In this document: in pieces, positions 57,810 through 64,000 of the stretch
Position numbering within the stretch: position 1 is the stretch's first letter
How the letters are laid out: every line of letters begins with the position of its first letter
Source of the DNA: Chrysomallon squamiferum
Lineage: Eukaryota; Animalia; Mollusca
Length of the DNA stretch: 64,000 bases
Direction: 5' to 3'
Assembly (NCBI GenBank): GCA_012295275.1
Contig: CM022679.1
Span: 19,530,001-19,594,000, forward strand
Notes under the pieces: model-generated
Database searches by the model: none
Seen by the model: only the letters and a program-made list of their open reading frames with translations
Told to the model about the DNA's origin: nothing
Program-made: the position numbers and the translations under genes

Positions 57810-59023
57810 ACAATCTGAAATTCTATCGACTCTCTTACCTTTGCTAACAATCTGAAATTCTATCGACTCTCTTACCTTTGCTAACAATAGAAATGCTGTC
57901 AACTTTCTTATCTTTGCTAACAATTCTGTCAACTTTCTCTTTCGACTTTCTTATCTTTTCTAACAAATGAAATTGAAATTCTTATCTTTGTCAATATAAA
58001 ATTATTATCTTTGTTAACAATCTGAAATTCTATCGACTCTCTTATCTTTGCTAACAATCTGAAATTCTGTCGACTCTTATCTTTGCTAACAATCTGAAAT
58101 TCTGTCGACTCTTATCTTTGTTAACAATCTGAAATTCTACTGACTCTCTTATCTTTGTTAACAATCTGAAATTCTGAAATCGACTCTCTTATCTTTAACA
58201 ATCTGAAATCTGAAATTCTAACAATGACTCTGACTCTCTTACCTTTGTTAACAATCTGAAATTCTATCGACTCTCTTACCTTTGTTAGCAGTCTGAAATT
58301 CTATCAACTCTCTTATCTTTGTTAACAATCTGAAATTCTATCAACTTTCTTATCTTTGTTAACAGTCTGAAACTCTACAGACTCTCTTACCTTTGTAAAC
58401 AATCTGAAATTCTATCAACTCTCTTATCTTTGTTAACAATCTGAAATCTACAGAAACTAACAGTCTGAAATTCTATCTCTCTTATCTTTGCTAACAGTCT
58501 GAAATTCTTTACTGACTCTCTTACCTTTGTTAACAATCTGAAATTCTATCAACTCTCTTATCTGTGTTAACAATCTGAAACTCTACAGACTCTCTTACCT
58601 TTGCTAACAGTCTGAAATTCTATCGACTCTCTTATCTTTGTTAACAATCTGAAATTCTACCGATTCTTATCTTTGTTAACAATCTGAAATTCTACCGACT
58701 CTCTTATCTTTGTTAGCAGTCTGAAATTCTATCGACTCTCTTATCTTTGTTAACAGTCTGAAATTTTATCAACTCTCTTATCTTTGTTAGCAATCTGAAA
58801 TTCTACCGACTCTTATCTTTGTTAACAATCTGAAATTCTATCAACTCTCTTACCTTTGTTAACAATCTGAAAAATTCTAACAATCAACTATTTCTTATCT
58901 TTGTTAACAGTCTGAAATTCTGTCAACTTTCTTATCTTTGCTAACAGTCTGAAATTCTGTCAACTTTCTTATCTTTGCTAACAATCTGAAATTCTATCAA
59001 CTCTCTTACCTTTGCTAACAGTC
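57810..59023. repeat. ~37-bp minisatellite (ctctcttacctttgttaacaatctgaaattctatcga), about 30 partly scrambled copies
   Basis: Tandem units; the last unit overlaps the 3' end and splice donor of exon 59010-59135. Confidence 0.93.
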
Positions 59024-59135
59024 TCACTTTTCCACTGAAAATGTGTTTTGTTGCTGTTGTTAATGCATGTGAATTTCGAACAGCTGTATGACCAACTTGC
59101 TCCTTCATCATAGCATTTGCCATTAAAGGAACATC
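59010..59135 (-). CDS. Isolated Cys-rich exon with a VWC-like repeat, from a probably secreted protein (gene fragment or pseudo-exon)
   Basis: ttattttacag acceptor, AAG|gtaaga donor, 126 nt, phase 1-1: GCSFNGKCYDEGASWSYSCSKFTCINNSNKTHFQWKSETVSK. The C..NG..Y..G..W...C....C pattern is VWC-like. Partner exons were not identified. Confidence 0.6.
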
Positions 59136-60369
59136 CTGTAAAATAAATAAATAAGTAAGTAAATATTTTTTTTTTTTTTTTTTTTTTTAAATTTAAAAAA
59201 AATAAGCAGATAAACAATGGAAGAGGTGGTAGTAGTAGTAGTAATGATAGTGGCAGTGGTAGTGGTAGTAATGGTAGTAGTTGTAGTAGTATTGATTTTA
59301 GTAGTAGTAGCAGTAGTAGTATTGAAAAAGAAAACAACGGCAACAACAATTTCATCAGCAGAAACTCAGAATTGTGAGCAAACAATTCAAATCTATCTAT
59401 CAATGAAAAAGCAATACTGCATGTTATACAGGACAACAATATCGGTGATAATGTGTCATTCAACCCTCGCAAAACTTTGTTAACGACATAATTATTTTCC
59501 TCCTTTAATTTCTTATCCAGGTTCTGTTTTAAAAAATAGAAAAGGAAAACCAAAATTTATGTCCTAAAATTATTATATTTTATTTTATAAACATACTTTT
59601 TATTTTATTTTGATTCATTTTATAATATATTTTAATTTTAATTTTGATTTTAATTTATTTTAAATCATATGAAAATGTACATATGTGTAATCAATGTTTT
59701 CTGTCCATAAGCTGTATTTGCAGAAGCGATTACTAGCTTTTCTTTCTTTCTTTTGTTCTTCTTCTTCTTTTTCTCATTATTATTATTTAGATATAAATTT
59801 ATAATTGTAACTTTTGTAAATTTTTATTAGATGTTTATTATTATTATTGTTATTTTTGCATAATTTCATTAATTTATCATTATTTATATTATAGTTTTAA
59901 TTTAATAATAATAATAATTAACATTTATTAAACATTTTTTTTTTTTAATTTATAATTTCCGATATAGATTGATTTTTAACTTGGAAATTCCGATCTATTT
60001 ATATCTCCTACGTGACAGATAAATCTGAACAAGCCGTAATTTCCGTCTCGAAACCTTGGCACTACGAATACACTATTAAGTTACTCTGTTGAGGAAATAT
60101 TCAAATATCCCTCGAAATACTTTTCAGTTTAACTGATTCTTTGAGTCGAAAGCTTGGCTCTACGTATGTACTCTTAAGTTATCCTGTTGAGGGTGTATTC
60201 AAATATTCCTGGGAATATTTTTCAGTTTAACTGATTCTTTGAGTCGAAAGTGAACACTAAAAGAAATAATTACAGAAAAGAAATTAAGTACACATTCAAA
60301 TAAGTCAAATTGCTTTTTTTGTTTGTTCGTGTGTGTGTGTGTTAAAAAACATCCCGCTTGAAACCTTTA

Positions 60370-62600
60370 ATTTGTTTTCATCTGTATATTGTTCTCACAT
60401 TATTATATTACCGTATTAAATAGATGCAATGTGTGTTCTTAAGTTTAATGTTTTGGTAAATTTGAGGGTTAATATTTAGATTCACGATTTCCCAGACTTT
60501 TGTATTAACTCTATCGCTCTATGAAATCGAGTGTCACCTGTAAATTATTAAAAATATTGTATAGAATTAATTACCTGCATACTGTCTGTATAATGTGTCT
60601 ACGAAATTTGAACGTTGTGAGAATATCTAAGGTAAATGACGGAATGGGAAAATAACGTTTTCTATATTTTCGAAAGAAATTAAAAATAATAATAATAAAA
60701 TACAAAAAAACACCAAAAAAACCCAAAAAACCCAAAAAAACAACGAATAAATAAATATATAAAAATAAAAATAAACTAAAATAAAAACTATAAATTTCCG
60801 GTATGGATTTACTTTTAATTTGGGAAATAGAACTATTTATATCGCTTACGCGAAACGTGGTTATTTTGTCTGAATAAAGCTGAACACACGTCATTTTCAA
60901 CTTGAAACCTTACCTCTACGTACTATTAACTTATTCTGTGTTCAACTATAAGATCGCTGCAGCCCCCTCTTAATACAATTTCCATCAAGGTAAGAATACA
61001 TTTCACAATTCACTCATAACTATACCCAACGTAGTCTACATTTTTCTACTGTTCCTTTTTCTTAACATATACCGTATGAAATTTGTTTAATTTGTTTTTG
61101 TCTGTATATTGTTCTCACATTATTATATTACCGTATTAAATAGATGAAATGTGTGTTCTTAAGTTTAATGTTTTGGTAAATTTGAGGGTTAATATTTAGA
61201 TTCGCGATTTCCCAGACTTTAGTATTAACTCTATCGCTCTATGAAATCGAGTGTCACCTGTAAATTATTAAAAATATTGTATAGAATTAAAAGGATAGCA
61301 AATGATAAAACAGTACGGGATTACAGTAAAGTTCATTTTCCAAAAGACCAACAATGGATTATACTTTTTCAGTCCAACAAAAAAAAAAGCAATCACTGGC
61401 AATCTTGATATGTTCCTTTTATTGTGTTCTACCTGTATTAGAGAAATGATCTCTATTGTGTTTACTCATCTGACAGCCCTGGCCGAAAGCATCAACAATT
61501 ACTTTCCGTCATTAAAGTCAGAAAAGAATGATTGGATTAGAGATCCTTTCATAAATTATTCTTCCAACATTGAACATGAGTTATAGGAAGAATAAGAATT
61601 GGCCACCCTTTCTAACGACCAAGGGTTAAAATTAAAATATTTGAATCTGCCCATTGATTCATTTTGGATTTCAATTCAAGAGGAGTATCCCATATTATAT
61701 AAAAGAGCTTTAGTAGCAATTTTATTACAATTTTCAACTTCTTACATATGTGAATTAGGCTTCTCAACATTAAACAACATCAAAAACATGAAGCACTGGA
61801 GATTACGTACAATGGAAGAAGACACGAGGGTGTGTCTGTCTCATATTTGACGAAACATTGACGAAATTATGAATAAAAGTCAGGCACAAATTTGTCACTA
61901 AAGAAGCCAGCTATTTGATTCATGAAATTAGAACTACTGCAATGAAGTGAGTTCATAGCTGTGTTTTTCTTTATTTAGTTTGAGTCATTCTATGTGTCTA
62001 TGACTAATTTGTGTCTACGGTTGTCTGCTGTCTATGACTTGCCATGTTTTTATTTTGCAAAATTCAAATATTTTTCATATATATTTAGCCAGGTGTGCCG
62101 CTATTTTTTCCTGTGTTCCAAGGTGTGCCGTTGGCAAAAAAAGGTTGAGAATCACTGGACTACACGATCGCGGCAGTCCTGTCTCAATCCAATTTCCATC
62201 AAGGTAAGAATACATTTTACAATTCACCCATAACTATACCCAACGTACTCTACATTTTTCTTCTGTTCCTTTTTCTTAAATGTTTTTAATTTCTTTTCGT
62301 CTGTATATTTTTCTTAGATTATTATATTACCGTATTAAATAGATGTTATGTGTTCTAAAGTTTAATGTTTTGGTAAATTTGAGGGGTTATTTAGATTCCC
62401 GATTTCCCAAACTTTTGTATTAACTCTATTGCTTTACGAAATCGAGTGCCATCTGTAAATTATTAAAAATATTGTATAGAATTAATTACCTGCAGACTGT
62501 CTGTATAATGTGTTTACGGAATATGAACGTTGTGAGAGTATCTAAGGTAAATAATGGCATGACAAAATAACGTTTTTTATATTTTCGAAAGAAATTTAAA
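60370..62600. repeat. Second cluster of the same ~690-720-bp module (3 copies), interrupted by a hAT fragment
   Basis: The same marker occurs at about 60507, 61227 and 62422. Confidence 0.9.
61388..62157 (+). mobile_element. 5'-truncated, decayed hAT (Buster/Charlie-type) transposon: transposase C-terminus plus right TIR
   Basis: GNLDMF...WIRDPF...FWISIQEEYPILYKRAL...LLQFSTSYICELGFSTLNNIK is a hAT dimerisation-domain pattern, broken by in-frame stops. The terminus aaaaaggttgagaatcactg is followed by gacTAcac, an 8-bp NNNTANNN target typical of Buster elements. Confidence 0.88.
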
Positions 62601-63541
62601 AAATAGAAAAAATAAATAAAATAATAATTAAAATAAAAATACAGATATGAATTAATAAATAAATAAATAAATAATAATAATACATAAATTAATAAATTCA
62701 ATAAACAGTAATAAAATATGTAAATAAAAAATATGTTTTATAAATATAAATTGTACGGAATATATTAAATAAATAAATTGGTCGCTTATTTTGATCTTTA
62801 ATAGTGTACTACTGTTTCTTCATAATCTTTTATTTCGCATAATGACATACGGGGTCACCTCACTGTGCCCGCACCCGTTATTATATATCACGTGATTCGT
62901 GATATCTCCTACGCGACAGGTAAATCTGAACAAAACGTCATTTCCGACTTGAAACCTTGCCAGTTTATCCTGTAGAGGATGTATTTGAATATTCCTCGGA
63001 ATACTCTTCAATTTAACTGATTCTTAAAAATAAATAAATAGAAAAAATAAAAAATAAATAAATAAAAACAATGTTTTACAAATATAAATTGTACTGAATA
63101 TATTAAATAAATTAATTAATCGCTTATTTTGATCTTTAATAGTGTACTACTGTTTCTCATAAAAATGACATACACTTTAGTAAAGTTAATTTCCCAAAAG
63201 ATCAACAAAGAACTAACATTTTACAGTCCAACAAAATGGGAGACGGAATCAGCATATTCTGTTGCAGATTTTTGTCCTGTCAAGAGGAGCATTTTCTATA
63301 GGCATATGTCAAAGTCTTAACTATAAAACTTTAGCTTCAACAAAGGACTGTTCTCTCTTAATCATATCTTTGAATTCAAAAATATTGGGAAGACTGCTGC
63401 CTATCATTTTCAATTTTCAATGCCATCCGTAACGTGATTCGTAGGACTGGCAGCATTTGTTTCGAAACGGTTCCAGAAGTTTCTGTCATTCCCCAGTTCG
63501 GTGACATACATTAAAACAAGTTGATCCTATGGATTCGGTAC

Positions 63542-63544
<3 letters not shown>

Positions 63545-63610
<66 letters not shown>

Positions 63611-63660
63611 TAAGTAAGTAAGTAAGTATGTATGTATGTATGTATGTATGTATGTATGTA
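63545..63660. repeat. (GT)n-(GTAA)n-(GTAT)n compound microsatellite, paralogous to about 52402-52532
   Basis: Read directly; tract lengths differ between the duplicated copies. Confidence 0.9.
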
Positions 63661-63730
63661 TTTTCGCATAACCAAATACACTCTTTAACTGGAATTTAGA
63701 GAAATAATAACTGTACAGTTTTATTTTCAG

Positions 63731-63904
63731 ACGTAATCAATATGACACATGGAAAAATGTTTAGATGTGGCCACGATGTATGTGATGAGAGAGAACAGTA
63801 TTGTGTACCTGAAGACCAGATGTGCTATTACTGCATAGGCATCAGTGATTTGTGCCCTACAACACGTTTGGTTTTCCCTAAACAGTGTAATCCATTATGT
63901 ATGG
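63731..63904 (+). CDS. Exon encoding the same 8-cysteine domain (copy B); the gene may continue past the right edge
   Basis: Same splice sites, 174 nt: xVINMTHGKMFRCGHDVCDEREQYCVPEDQMCYYCIGISDLCPTTRLVFPKQCNPLCM. Confidence 0.7.
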
Positions 63905-64000
63905 GTAGGTAAATGTGTTATGTATGAGTGTGTGTGTGTGTGTGTGTCTGTCTGTCTGAATATTTATGAATGAATATGTGTATGTGTTTTATTAGCTTTA

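Larger units (their letters stand above)
62163..63945 (+). repeat. Segmental duplication copy B (~1.8 kb)
   Basis: Direct-orientation paralogue of 51005-52815, about 11.1 kb downstream. Confidence 0.92.

Noticed and set aside
47035-60900. Recurrent hydrophobic ORFs (MTCVQIYSDK..., three copies) and MILNSVLL... ORFs suggesting a membrane-peptide family
   Set aside because: They lie in the duplicated modules, the hydrophobic stretch is a translated A/T-rich low-complexity tract of variable length, and the copy near 50900 shows no comparable ORF in the track

Overview
AT-rich, intron-containing animal genomic DNA with many (CA)n, (AAT)n and (TA)n microsatellites. An invertebrate such as a mollusc is plausible, but the taxon cannot be proven from this window. 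No prokaryotic features, rRNA, tRNA or CRISPR arrays were found. Positions 1-33 kb hold the 5' part of a very large minus-strand cadherin gene. I traced 49 coding exons by hand in one continuous frame (7398 nt, about 2466 aa, at least 22 EC repeats), and the gene continues beyond the left edge. EC1-EC9 resemble protocadherin-15/Cad99C, and these are followed by 13 atypical xRNxxxP-linked repeats, each built from a strictly phase-0 two-exon module. At 38.7-41.4 kb a minus-strand gene that the ORF track misses is built from 23-39 nt micro-exons and encodes a basic protein with two AT-hooks. The 45.8-64 kb region is a recently duplicated patchwork. It contains eight copies of a ~690-bp module, a 1.8-kb segmental duplication carrying an 8-cysteine exon with Grindelwald/TNFR-like spacing, a VWC-like exon whose splice donor has been amplified into a minisatellite, and hAT remnants. 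Pogo/Tigger-like and LINE remnants lie elsewhere in the window. All family assignments come from recognising motifs by eye; no database search was run.
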